A stretch of DNA of 64,000 nt from positions 1,952,001 to 2,016,000 of the forward strand of contig OY970208.1 of the NCBI GenBank assembly GCA_963713865.1, in the 5' to 3' direction. Within the stretch, counting starts at the first letter, position 1, and each line of letters opens with the position of its first letter. The DNA comes from an uncultured candidate division Zixibacteria bacterium. Lineage in GTDB: Bacteria; Zixibacteria; MSB-5A5; RBG-16-43-9. A program made the translations under genes and the position numbers. Positions 38,408 through 48,134 of the stretch are shown piece by piece. Below the pieces are notes generated by a model. The model did no database searches. It saw only the letters and a list, made by a program, of their open reading frames with translations, and was not told where the DNA came from.

Positions 38408-38652
38408 GTAGGGACAGAACATAATTCTGTCCCTTGCTCTTGAGAATTCCTCTCTTCTTTTTTTTAAACAGAGGTGGTTTTTTTGCTCTCTGTTGGTCAC
38501 TAGACCAACGGAGAACTTATGGGAGCGGAGCTTATCTCCGCTCATCTTTTTTTCGTAATGCAATCCTTTCAGGGTCGCCCAAAAACGTAGAGACGCATCA
38601 CTATGCGTCTCTACCACTGTTAAATTAATGGAGGTCTAAAAACCTCCGCTAC
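38408..38652. repeat. REP-like palindrome cluster
   Basis: gtagggacagaa..ttctgtccct; gagcggag..ctccgctc; gtagagacgcat..atgcgtctctac. Confidence 0.75.
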
Positions 38653-38655
38653 AAA

Positions 38656-39459
38656 TCAAAAAATCACCTCATCTAAATTCAATTCCATCCCGTCTGAGGC
38701 TGCTATAACCTCAGTTTTCAACTCTTTTTTCAACTGCAAAGCCAATTCCCAGGGCTTGGCTTTGAGCATCGTCATTCCGAAATGAGTTAAAATGGCAATT
38801 TGAGGTTTACAGTTTTTTATTATATTTTTCGCATCCTCTAAATTCAGATGGTCTAAATTTAACTTTTTTGCCCCTTCAGGCTCATATCTAACTGTATTGA
38901 TCACTATCAACTCACTTCCTGTGTGAACTTTTAATAGTTCCGGAAAAAACTTAGTGTCTACTATAAATGAGATTCTGTATTTTGGAGTTTTGAAGGTCAA
39001 CCCATAAGCCTCAACTCCGTGAATATGCTTTAAGGGTGTAGACAAAGTAATAGAATCTATATTATGCTCACCACCAGCTTTGAGTATATGAATTTGTTCC
39101 ACAAAACTCCTTACATATTTCAGAACAACCGCATCCTCATCTAAAGCATCAGCCGGACAGAAAAGCACTCCTCTTTTCTTAAATCCACCCTCAGTCATCG
39201 ACTCTATCATAATATTAACGTCATTGGAGTGGTCAATATGTCGGTGAGTTAAAATGATTGTATCTAACTTGGATGGGTCTAATTTCGGTTTGCTGGAGAA
39301 ACATTTGACCAGAGTCCCAGGTCCGGGATCAATCAAAAAGTTTTTATTTTCCAGAGTAAGCCAGGTTCCCCCTGAAGCTCTAAGTTGTTTGGATACTACT
39401 ACTCTTGCTCCAGCCGTCCTTAAGAATTTGATCCTGTTAGGTGCTTCTGATTTTTTCAT
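38656..39459 (-). CDS. Metallo-beta-lactamase fold hydrolase
   Basis: LIDPGPG, THRHIDH, DT, DHL, LTHFG. Confidence 0.9.
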   Translation of the reverse strand: MKKSEAPNRIKFLRTAGARVVVSKQLRASGGTWLTLENKNFLIDPGPGTLVKCFSSKPKLDPSKLDTIILTHRHIDHSNDVNIMIESMTEGGFKKRGVLFCPADALDEDAVVLKYVRSFVEQIHILKAGGEHNIDSITLSTPLKHIHGVEAYGLTFKTPKYRISFIVDTKFFPELLKVHTGSELIVINTVRYEPEGAKKLNLDHLNLEDAKNIIKNCKPQIAILTHFGMTMLKAKPWELALQLKKELKTEVIAASDGMELNLDEVIF

Positions 39460-39466
39460 TTTAAAC

Positions 39467-39657
39467 TGTCACCTTGACCCCGATTTATCGGGTAAACATC
39501 TCTCTCAATTGTTTAAAGATTCTTCTCCCGCCTTTGGCGGGATCAGAATGACACAGTGTATGGATTGTGTCATGTTGAGTCCGCCAAAGGCGGACGAAAC
39601 ATCTATTTCATAAAGACAACAGATTCTTCTCCCGCCTTTGGCGGGATCAGAATGACA
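39467..39657. repeat. Two tandem TGTCA...TGACA palindromic units, each with GC mini-hairpins
   Basis: agattcttctcccgcctttggcgggatcagaatgaca occurs twice, identical. Confidence 0.85.
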
Positions 39658-39658
39658 A

Positions 39659-40996
39659 TTACTTTATCTGATACTCTTTCATCTTCAGCCTCAAAGTATT
39701 CCGGTGAATGCCTAAAAGCTCTGAGGCTTGACTCAGATTCCCACCGGTTTTTTCCAGGGCTTTAAGGATATGGCTTTTCTCTAAATCTTTCAGTAAAAGA
39801 GTTGATGAAATTTCATCTATTCTCTGGAAACTCAGGTGAGCCAAATCTGATTTATCAATTGCCTCCCCCCGGCTTAAGACAGTTGCCCTTTCTATTACAT
39901 TCTCTAATTCCCGGATATTTCCATGCCAGGGATATGAAAATAAAATGTCTTTTGCTTCCCGGGTTAATCCCTGGATATTTTTCCCGGTTTTCTGGTTTGA
40001 CTTCTGAATGAAATAATCGACCAAGGGAAGTATGTCCTCTTTTCTTTCCCTTAACGGAGGGATAAAAATCGAGATCACATTCAATCTATAATATAGATCC
40101 TCACGAAAAGATTTTTCTTTGATTTTCTTTTCCAGGTCCTGATTAGTGGCAGAGATAATCCTGACATCAACCTTTATAGTCTCCTCACCACCTAATCTCT
40201 CAAATTCCTGAGTTTCAATCACCCGAAGAAGTTTCACCTGAGTCTCTAAGGATAGATCACCGATCTCATCCAGAAAAAGAGTTCCCGAATCCGCCAGTTC
40301 AAATCTTCCCTCTTTCCTACGAGTTGCACCGGTAAAAGCGCCTTTCTCATATCCGAACAGCTCAGATTCAAGCAGGGTCTCAGGTATAGCCGCACAGGAC
40401 AAAGAGATAAATCTTTGATTATCTCTATCACTTAAAGCATGGATTGCCCTGGCCACCAATTCCTTTCCGGTTCCACTCTCTCCACGGATCAATACAGTTG
40501 AATCGGATTTTGCTACGCGTGCAACAGTGCTCAACACCTCTTTTATGGCTTTGCTCTCGCCAATTATCTTCAAATCTTTATATTTCTCATTCAACTGTTC
40601 TTTCAGGTATTTGTTTTCGGTTAAAATCTTCTGATTTTCCAGGGCTTTTTTTATAGTTATTCTTAACTCCTCTAAATCTACTGGTTTATTAACATAATTA
40701 AATGCCCCTTGCTTCATCGCCTCAACTGCCGTCTCAATTGATGCATAAGCCGTCATAACAATAACCTGAATTTCCGGGTTAATCTCTTTTAATTTTGATA
40801 GTAATCCAATCCCATCCATCCCCGGCATTTTCAAATCTATCAGCGCCACTTCAAAGAATTTATCCTGACAAATCTTTAGAGCTTCTTCGCCTGAATCAGC
40901 TAAAGATACAGAATATCCTTCTTTCTTTAGAAAACCGCCTAACATTTCCCTTTGAGTTTCTTCATCATCCACTACTAAGATTCTATATAGAGCCAT
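39659..40996 (-). CDS. sigma54-dependent response regulator (NtrC/ZraR-like)
   Basis: [28 protein letters not shown]. Confidence 0.93.
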   Translation of the reverse strand: MALYRILVVDDEETQREMLGGFLKKEGYSVSLADSGEEALKICQDKFFEVALIDLKMPGMDGIGLLSKLKEINPEIQVIVMTAYASIETAVEAMKQGAFNYVNKPVDLEELRITIKKALENQKILTENKYLKEQLNEKYKDLKIIGESKAIKEVLSTVARVAKSDSTVLIRGESGTGKELVARAIHALSDRDNQRFISLSCAAIPETLLESELFGYEKGAFTGATRRKEGRFELADSGTLFLDEIGDLSLETQVKLLRVIETQEFERLGGEETIKVDVRIISATNQDLEKKIKEKSFREDLYYRLNVISIFIPPLRERKEDILPLVDYFIQKSNQKTGKNIQGLTREAKDILFSYPWHGNIRELENVIERATVLSRGEAIDKSDLAHLSFQRIDEISSTLLLKDLEKSHILKALEKTGGNLSQASELLGIHRNTLRLKMKEYQIK

Positions 40997-41065
40997 AAAA
41001 TCTCCTTCTGCCTATTCGTTTCTCATAAGGCAAACCCAGGTTGAGAGCAACGTGGACATACCGAT

Positions 41066-41100
41066 AGATTCTTCGTCCCCTGCGGGGACTCAGAATGACA
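41066..41100. repeat. Half unit of the TCAGAATGACA repeat family
   Basis: agattcttc-gtcccctgcggggac-tcagaatgaca. Confidence 0.7.
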
Positions 41101-41156
41101 GCATAAATAGACATTTATCATACTTTTTATCTGCCTAATCTGCCTTGAATTTATTT

Positions 41157-43202
41157 TTACACCGGTAGCCTGATAATGAAAGTAGTCCCTTCACTGAGTT
41201 TGCTTTCCACTTCGATTTTACCCTTATGATCAGCGATAATCCGATAAGCAATTGCCAGACCCAAACCAGTCCCTTTATCTTTAGTGGTAAAGTAGGGTTG
41301 AAAGATCTTAGAGAGATTTTCCTCTGGAATTCCAGGCCCTGAATCTTTAATTTTTATAACAATTTCTTTTCCTGACCTATCCAATTTACCCAGGATTTTC
41401 ATCTTCCCCCCCGCCGGCATTGCCTGAATCCCGTTAAGAATTACATTTACAGTAGCTTTTTTCATCTCCTCTCTATCTATCCGTATCTTTGGTATATTCT
41501 CAATCTCTTTCTCTATTAATATCCCCTTTTCTTTAGCTTCGATCTCCATTAAAGAGATGATTTCACAAAAGAAGGAATTCATATCAGTAGAAACGAGATT
41601 CAATTTCTGAACCTTAGCCAGGCTTAGAAATTGATTTATAGTCTGATCCAGCCTTTTGATCTCATTCAGGATGGTCTGTGTGAAATTAAGGTACTCCTCC
41701 TTATCTTTAATGGGTACAAACTCACTTTTCAATCTCTGAGCTGCAATAGAAATGGCATTCAGAGGATTCCTTATCTCATGAGCCACTCCCGCTGCCAGAT
41801 TCCCTAAAGTAGAAAGCCTTTCTGCCCTTTTAGCCTCCTCTTCATATTTTTTCAACTCAGTCATATCATGGATAACTGCTACTGCTCCCTGAATTTTCCC
41901 TTTTTCATCTAAGAGAATTGAGGTGCCGAGAACCAGGTCCTTGTTTTCTTTTGAACGCATCGGTAATCTTCTTTCCATATCCCATATGCTTTTCCCTGAA
42001 CTTAAAACTTGATTAATTAAGGGTTCGTCCTCAGGAAAAATCTGAGAATAGTTTTTGTTGATTACCTCATTTCTTTTCAGCGAAAATAGTTCTTCAGCCA
42101 CTGGATTGAAAACAATTATACTTTTATTTTTATCCACAGCCACAACCGCATTATTCATTCCTTCTAAAACATTTCCGGTTAGAGTTCTGATCTCCTTATA
42201 AGATCTATCCAGGACAAAATAGCTTTGATTGACCATCACTATTCCAATAAAAAGTAAGCCTAAGAAGAAGAGGATAAGGCTGAAAAAGAGGATTTGTCTC
42301 TGAAAACTTTTCGAGACTTGACTATACCCCTCCAGGGATAGTCCTATGCGGAATACCCCCGCAGGAAATCGATCTGATATGAAAGGCTTTACCACTTCTA
42401 AGACCTTTCTTTCCTCGAAAGGCGTCACTCTGCTTTTAGTTTCATTTTTCAAGAGAGCTTCTAAAAGGAAAGGGTCGTTTTCGAGCTTCAGCATCTTTTC
42501 CACCTTTTTAGAGGCAAATACAATCCCCTCTCTGGATTGAAGAACTATATATTCTATTCCGCTCTGCTGGCTAATATTCTGGATCAGATATCCGATTCCG
42601 ATCTCCTTCTGGAAATTCTCCATATAAGCAGTTGGTGATATGACTGCAATTCCACCTTGACCTTTAGACCTTCTTAAGACCACCACATATTTCCCCTCTG
42701 AAAGTATTCCATCTCCTTTTATTTCAAAAGCTGTCTCCTGGATTTCACCTTTTAAAACCTTCTCTGATTTAGCAAAAGAGAAATGGGCAGTATCGGCATA
42801 AATTTCTAATTCTTCTGGATGACTGCTTTTGAAAATCTTTCTATTTATGTCCAGAAGATCAATTCTCGACAATGAATTTCTTCTGACCAGTTCCTCTAAC
42901 TTAGAATTGGTTAAAATACCGTCTTTATCCATCTGATCAACCAATTTAGCAACATCCAAAAGCCTCTCTGTAACTAATTCCTCTAATAGACTGTTGGCTT
43001 TGACCGTATTCTGGCTGGCTAAAACTAAGCTCTCTAAAAGAGCCTCCCCCTCTTTTTCCATCACCTTCAGCATATTCGATTTGCTCTTCTCGATACTGAA
43101 AAAAGCAATTAAAAATAAGAGCGAAGCAAAAAGAAGGGTTAACAGGATAACATATCTCAGCCTTAAGCCGGTTAAGAATCTTAGACTTTTCAGCTCAGCC
43201 AA
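41157..43202 (-). CDS. Membrane sensor histidine kinase with PAS (ZraS-like architecture)
   Basis: Two TM helices, periplasmic domain, PAS, AHEIRNPL, DSGPG, GTGLGL. Confidence 0.92.
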   Translation of the reverse strand: MAELKSLRFLTGLRLRYVILLTLLFASLLFLIAFFSIEKSKSNMLKVMEKEGEALLESLVLASQNTVKANSLLEELVTERLLDVAKLVDQMDKDGILTNSKLEELVRRNSLSRIDLLDINRKIFKSSHPEELEIYADTAHFSFAKSEKVLKGEIQETAFEIKGDGILSEGKYVVVLRRSKGQGGIAVISPTAYMENFQKEIGIGYLIQNISQQSGIEYIVLQSREGIVFASKKVEKMLKLENDPFLLEALLKNETKSRVTPFEERKVLEVVKPFISDRFPAGVFRIGLSLEGYSQVSKSFQRQILFFSLILFFLGLLFIGIVMVNQSYFVLDRSYKEIRTLTGNVLEGMNNAVVAVDKNKSIIVFNPVAEELFSLKRNEVINKNYSQIFPEDEPLINQVLSSGKSIWDMERRLPMRSKENKDLVLGTSILLDEKGKIQGAVAVIHDMTELKKYEEEAKRAERLSTLGNLAAGVAHEIRNPLNAISIAAQRLKSEFVPIKDKEEYLNFTQTILNEIKRLDQTINQFLSLAKVQKLNLVSTDMNSFFCEIISLMEIEAKEKGILIEKEIENIPKIRIDREEMKKATVNVILNGIQAMPAGGKMKILGKLDRSGKEIVIKIKDSGPGIPEENLSKIFQPYFTTKDKGTGLGLAIAYRIIADHKGKIEVESKLSEGTTFIIRLPV

Positions 43203-43439
43203 TTTTTTTCTCCTTTTGATAGAGTTAATTTAACTCCAAATAAATTAAGTGTCAAGATATATGAATTTGGAGAATGTAGTGTCAGGCTGTAGCCTTCCTT
43301 CTAACCATCTATATATCGTAAAACCAGCGAAGATCTGCAGGGGCGAACCGATAGGTCACCCCTACAACGACCGTCAAAAAAAGAAAACAAAAAAACCGAC
43401 CCCATAGATCAGTTTTTTTGTTAGCCAGACTACCTCTTT

Positions 43440-46091
43440 TTATCTGATCAGAAGCATTTTCTTGGTTTCAGAGTAATCTTTTGAGTTCAGTTTGTAGAAA
43501 TAGATCCCACTGGATACATCAAATCCCTTTTCGTCTTTTCCGTTCCAGGTAGCAATATAATTTCCCGCCTCCATCTCCTCGTTCACCAGATTTTTAACTT
43601 TCTGTCCGAGTATATTATAAACTGAAAGCTCAACCCTGATCCTCTTCGGTATGGAGAACTTAATCTGAGTAATCGGATTGAACGGATTCGGATAGTTCTG
43701 GAACAGAGCGAAAACCTTAGGTACAGCTCCCTCTTCCTCACGAACCGACGTAACCATAACTGGAAGCTCAACCGAAGGTTCACTAATGTTCCCTGAGAAA
43801 TCAATGGCAGTTAGCTTGTAATAGTAATTACCATTCACCAGGTTAGAATCTACATAATCGGTATTAGCAGAGTATCCGATCCGGTTAGAAGGAGATGGTG
43901 TGAACCCGGATGTGGTGCTACGATGGATAACAAAATAGTTAAGATCAGGATCCGGAGACTGGTTCCATCTCAGCTGAACATTGCGTCCCAGAATCAGGGC
44001 TGCAAGTCCTGTAGGAACGGCAGGAGCTAAATTATCTACGGAATAACCGCTATCCGGTAAAGATTCGTAGAAAGTCCCGGGATCTGCAGTATGGCCTGAT
44101 ACGTATAAGATGGTCCAGTGCATTCCGGAAACGATAGTAGAATCATAAAGGGTTGGAGCTACGTAACCATAGCGATCATGATGTGTGGCTGGTATGGAGC
44201 CTAAGAAAGTCCAGACCGTTCCCGCTACTGAGATTTTCGCACCAAGTTTCAACTCGGGGTAGGATGAGAGCATCTTCTTAAAGGTATCCACTTCTTTTGC
44301 CAGAATCTTTGAGTTGTAAGAATCATCTCTTCTCCAGATACCGTAACTGGTAACTGGATGGTCGATATCATCCTCGCCCGCAAACATATTCCAGAGGATA
44401 CTTACTTGTTTACCCTGATCGTTAGGCACATCCGAGATCTCCACGATGTCTCCGGCCTGAGCTTGAGCTGATATCCTTTTGATAGAATCCCATAAAAGTT
44501 TTTCAGCATAGGCTGGGTTGTGCATACCCTTGCTGCCGTCTAACTCTACGAAGTAGTAATTGTATGCCCCGCCCTTCTCGGTAATAGTCAGAAGAGGATC
44601 CAGGTGGTTTCTGACTGCGCCTGTGGAATCTTTAGGAAGTAATGTACCCAGAGAGTCCAAAACTGTTTCGACTTTGGCTTGAGCTGTCCTCAGGAAGACA
44701 AGGCTCACACTACCATGACATCCTTTGCACCCCCCGTCATTTAAGATATCATCTGTAGAGTCATCCGGAGTACCATTATCAGAAAAAACTGCAAAGGTAT
44801 GCCCGCCCACTTTAGTGACAAGAGTATCTGCTGGAGATACTGCCATATGACAGGTTACACATTTATCAGCCGCATAAGTATGGCTTCCAACCGGGTATAT
44901 TTCATTGGGATAGTTATACCCGCTCTTTCCTTCCAGCATATCTGACTGGTGCGAATGGTGAAGCCCACGACTGCTTACTCTTAACTTGTGACAATCGTAG
45001 CATACACCGTATAATTGCGGTCTCCTGAGCTGGTGCAGATTCTCAGCACTATGAGGATCGTGACAGGCTGCACAGGTAACCCCTTCTACCAGCTTATAAG
45101 GTGCCGCAGAGGACTGTCCATCTATGGTCTCATGCAAATAACCTTGAGCAGTATGACACCTGGCGCAGTTAGTGCTATTCATATGTTCAGGATCTCCAGG
45201 TTCGCCTGCTGACATCGAATGTCTGGAGAAATCCCATTGATAAGGGAATATATGATGACCCGAATCATGACATGCAGCGCAGACACCGGAATTAAGGCTA
45301 ACACCGATCCTGTTGTACCTATTCTCACCGCCGTGCCGGCTGCCCGGACCATGACAGTTTTCGCACTGGATATTAGCTAAGTTAGCCAGATCTGGATAAT
45401 TAACCACCATAGAGTCAAAATTACCCGGCTGCAAAGTGGTCGGGAAAGTCCAGCCTAATAAAGCTGCCACATCGTCAAAGCCATAGTTGTTTGCTGCAAT
45501 GTCTTGATCATACCCTACTGTGTGACAGCTAATACAGTTTGGACCATAATGGGTGCTGACGATTCCGTCTATGCCCCTTTGAAACATAGAGGCGTGACCA
45601 GTCTCCTCCCATTCGGCAACCTTATTGTTATGGCAGAAAAAACCGCACTGGGGCCAGTGAGGAGTCATTCCACCAATTTGACCTGTACCTACCCACGTTC
45701 CAGCGCTAATATACATAGTGTCCGGATTACTCGTGCCTGCACTTCCAGTTATTACCAGGGTAACGATATAAGTTCCCTCTAAATCCGGAACCATAGTTGG
45801 ATTCTGAATGGCAGCGTTACTTAAAGTAGTTGATGAACCAATCGGTTTGGCAAGAACCCAGATATAAGTATAAGTGTTAGTATCACCAGGATTAGATGTA
45901 AAATAAATTTTACTACCTACACCTACATTCGGCAATCCGGTAGAAGTTCTAAGCAGGGTAGTGTCTACAGTAAGGTCTCTGGGCGAATAGGCTAAAAGTC
46001 TTACCTTAGCCACCGGAACTGCAGCTAAAGAGAATTGAAAACTAAAGAGAAGTAAAAAAACATTAAACAAGAAAACTTTGCCAACTTTCAT
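43440..46091 (-). CDS. Secreted multiheme cytochrome c with FN3 and T9SS/FlgD-type C-terminal domain
   Basis: Signal peptide; 8 CxxCH plus 1 CxxxCH; LFQNYPNPFNP...SGIYFYKL...KKMLLIR. Confidence 0.9.
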   Translation of the reverse strand: MKVGKVFLFNVFLLLFSFQFSLAAVPVAKVRLLAYSPRDLTVDTTLLRTSTGLPNVGVGSKIYFTSNPGDTNTYTYIWVLAKPIGSSTTLSNAAIQNPTMVPDLEGTYIVTLVITGSAGTSNPDTMYISAGTWVGTGQIGGMTPHWPQCGFFCHNNKVAEWEETGHASMFQRGIDGIVSTHYGPNCISCHTVGYDQDIAANNYGFDDVAALLGWTFPTTLQPGNFDSMVVNYPDLANLANIQCENCHGPGSRHGGENRYNRIGVSLNSGVCAACHDSGHHIFPYQWDFSRHSMSAGEPGDPEHMNSTNCARCHTAQGYLHETIDGQSSAAPYKLVEGVTCAACHDPHSAENLHQLRRPQLYGVCYDCHKLRVSSRGLHHSHQSDMLEGKSGYNYPNEIYPVGSHTYAADKCVTCHMAVSPADTLVTKVGGHTFAVFSDNGTPDDSTDDILNDGGCKGCHGSVSLVFLRTAQAKVETVLDSLGTLLPKDSTGAVRNHLDPLLTITEKGGAYNYYFVELDGSKGMHNPAYAEKLLWDSIKRISAQAQAGDIVEISDVPNDQGKQVSILWNMFAGEDDIDHPVTSYGIWRRDDSYNSKILAKEVDTFKKMLSSYPELKLGAKISVAGTVWTFLGSIPATHHDRYGYVAPTLYDSTIVSGMHWTILYVSGHTADPGTFYESLPDSGYSVDNLAPAVPTGLAALILGRNVQLRWNQSPDPDLNYFVIHRSTTSGFTPSPSNRIGYSANTDYVDSNLVNGNYYYKLTAIDFSGNISEPSVELPVMVTSVREEEGAVPKVFALFQNYPNPFNPITQIKFSIPKRIRVELSVYNILGQKVKNLVNEEMEAGNYIATWNGKDEKGFDVSSGIYFYKLNSKDYSETKKMLLIR

Positions 46092-46275
46092 TATATTCCC
46101 TCCTTATTGATTGTTGAGCGATTCATTGTCTAAAGTATAATTTTTCTGAATCACCTCCTATTTAGTTAACAATGTTGAAATTTAATGTTTGAGGAATTCA
46201 TTATCCCTTGATTGTAAGTCGATGTAACCAATGAACATACCTGTCAAAAGACCAGCTCAATAATCATACTTGACA

Positions 46276-46304
46276 ATTATAATCTCTTATATCTAATTTG
46301 TCAA
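46276..46304 (-). promoter_or_regulatory. Consensus sigma70 promoter of the cytochrome gene, inside an inverted repeat
   Basis: TTGACA-N17-TATAAT; TACTTGACAA...TTGTCAAGTA at 46267-46307. Confidence 0.8.
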
Positions 46305-46320
46305 GTATTATTTAGGGCAA

Positions 46321-47767
46321 TGTTATAGCAAGATTAAAATGTCCTAATTTCTACAAAGTTAAAATGTCCTGTTTTCATGTTTTAGTTAATAGTAGCTTTT
46401 GTTCTTTTTGTTCATAAGGTCTATATTGTGAATTAACCTTAAACTTCCGCCAGGGATGATCCACTGGAGGTATATAAGCCGTTTTGAGTTTTAATATGGG
46501 TAGTTTTGGAGTTTCTTTTTCTCTCTTAGGCCTGATGATAATCTCTTTAAACTTCAAGATGGTATCTTTATAGGTAATTAGCATAGAGCCATCTATCATA
46601 TCTTCTACTATCACATTGTTAGTTCTTACATTATCCTTTATCTGATAGAGCCTGTTATTATGCGCTACCGTGAAGTCGTTCCTTAAAGCCCTTTCGGTCT
46701 TAAAGCATAGTATTCGATCCAGGTTAAGAGCTATGGGAACAGGTCTATGAAGATCAAGCTCTTCTGCCGCCCTAAAGCTGAATCGCTTATTATATATGGG
46801 CAGGTAGTATCTTAAGAGTCGATTGGCTTCTTCTATGGTCTTAATACCTCTTAGCCTCATCTCCTTTATTAGGCGATCCTGGAAAGTCCTGAATTGTCTC
46901 TCTATCCTCCCCTTAGCCTGAGGAGAATGGGCATAGATAATCTTAACTCCCAATTCCTTAAAAGCTCTGGCAACCTCACTCAACGGCTCTATTCCCTTAA
47001 GCTGGTCTTCTATAGAAGGCTTCTTAGTTGATTTATATGTGGTATGCTTGTCTAAATATATGCTCAGCGGAATACCATATTTTTTGATATAACGTTTAAA
47101 ACTGTCCATAGCTGGAATGGTGCCTTCATAAGGATAAAATCTTGCAAAGACATTACCGGTAGCGTCATCCACATAACCCATAAGAACACATTCCGGACCC
47201 CTGCTCTCCAGCCAATCATGATGAGAACCGTCCAGCTGGATCATCTCGCCAAAATAACGCCTCCTCTGACGCCACTGACGATGAGCCTTTCTCTTTCGAC
47301 CCCGGTACTCTATCCCTTTCTCCTTGAGCCAGTTCCTTAAGGTCTCTCGACTTAAACCTATCTTGTCTATCTCTAAAAGCTTCTCTGTCGCTAAGGTCGG
47401 ACCAAATCCTGCATATCTCTCCTCATAAAGCTCAAGAACCCTTGTCTTTATCATATCCGGTGTCATATTATGCGATGGTTTTCCTCGAGATCTGTGGACT
47501 ATACCTCGGTCGCCTTCTTCTATCACCCGCTTTATTATTCTTCTGACCTGCCTATCGCTTAAACCTAATATCCCAGCTGCCTCTACTTGAGTTAAACCCT
47601 TGTCAATTGCCTGGTGAATCACATTTATCCTCTTTAGCTCCTCCTGGCTCATCTTTATTATGTCCTTCCCTGCCATAATATCCTCCTTTGGAAAAAGATA
47701 CTATGGCAATCTCTAAATAGGACATTTCTGCTTTGCTAAAACAGGACATTATTATATTGCGATTACA
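46321..47767 (-). mobile_element. Complete IS1202-family (former ISNCY) insertion sequence, 1447 bp
   Basis: TGT...ACA ends with doubled AATGTCC subrepeats; 16-bp direct repeat GTATTATTTAGGGCAA at 46305-46320 and 47768-47783. Confidence 0.92.
46375..47676 (-). CDS. DDE transposase
   Basis: HTH, FGPTLA.EKL, QLDGSHHDW, YLDKH, PQAKGRIER...QDRL, DHPWR. Confidence 0.95.
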   Translation of the reverse strand: MAGKDIIKMSQEELKRINVIHQAIDKGLTQVEAAGILGLSDRQVRRIIKRVIEEGDRGIVHRSRGKPSHNMTPDMIKTRVLELYEERYAGFGPTLATEKLLEIDKIGLSRETLRNWLKEKGIEYRGRKRKAHRQWRQRRRYFGEMIQLDGSHHDWLESRGPECVLMGYVDDATGNVFARFYPYEGTIPAMDSFKRYIKKYGIPLSIYLDKHTTYKSTKKPSIEDQLKGIEPLSEVARAFKELGVKIIYAHSPQAKGRIERQFRTFQDRLIKEMRLRGIKTIEEANRLLRYYLPIYNKRFSFRAAEELDLHRPVPIALNLDRILCFKTERALRNDFTVAHNNRLYQIKDNVRTNNVIVEDMIDGSMLITYKDTILKFKEIIIRPKREKETPKLPILKLKTAYIPPVDHPWRKFKVNSQYRPYEQKEQKLLLTKT

Positions 47768-48134
47768 GTATTATTTAGGGCAATTCTTAGAAATTACCTT
47801 TCTCAAAAAAGTCAAGAGCTAAAACTTTTGCTTTGCCTGAGTGATTCTCTTCTTACTTTAAACTATTTAATTTTGACGAGTAAATCTCTAACCCCTTAGA
47901 TTTGGTAGTTACAACTGAAACTCAGTATTTCCAAATTCATTAGAAACCTAAAGAGTCATTTTTCACCTTTCCCCTCCTTGGTTTCAAATTAATTTGAGTC
48001 TCATTAGTTTAGTTTAAACTTAGGTTGAATGTCAAGTATTTATTTTAAATTGTTTGAAGAATTTCTTGAGAGGTATTTCTGAGTCTGAAAAAATTACTGA
48101 TTTATAAAAAATCTCACTTTATTTACCACGATCG

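Noticed and set aside
38315-38628. ORFs of 100 aa (-) and 64 aa (+)
   Set aside because: They run through a REP cluster and candidate UAS; likely spurious.
39467-39657. Identical 37-nt direct repeats resembling a mini CRISPR
   Set aside because: Only two copies, part of a dispersed palindromic family, the intervening DNA is itself repeat-derived, and there are no cas genes.
41027-41065. GGCAAAC-led hairpin resembling a c-di-GMP-I riboswitch
   Set aside because: Lacks the GNRA loop and GCAAAGC/CUAA elements and is antisense to the flanking genes.
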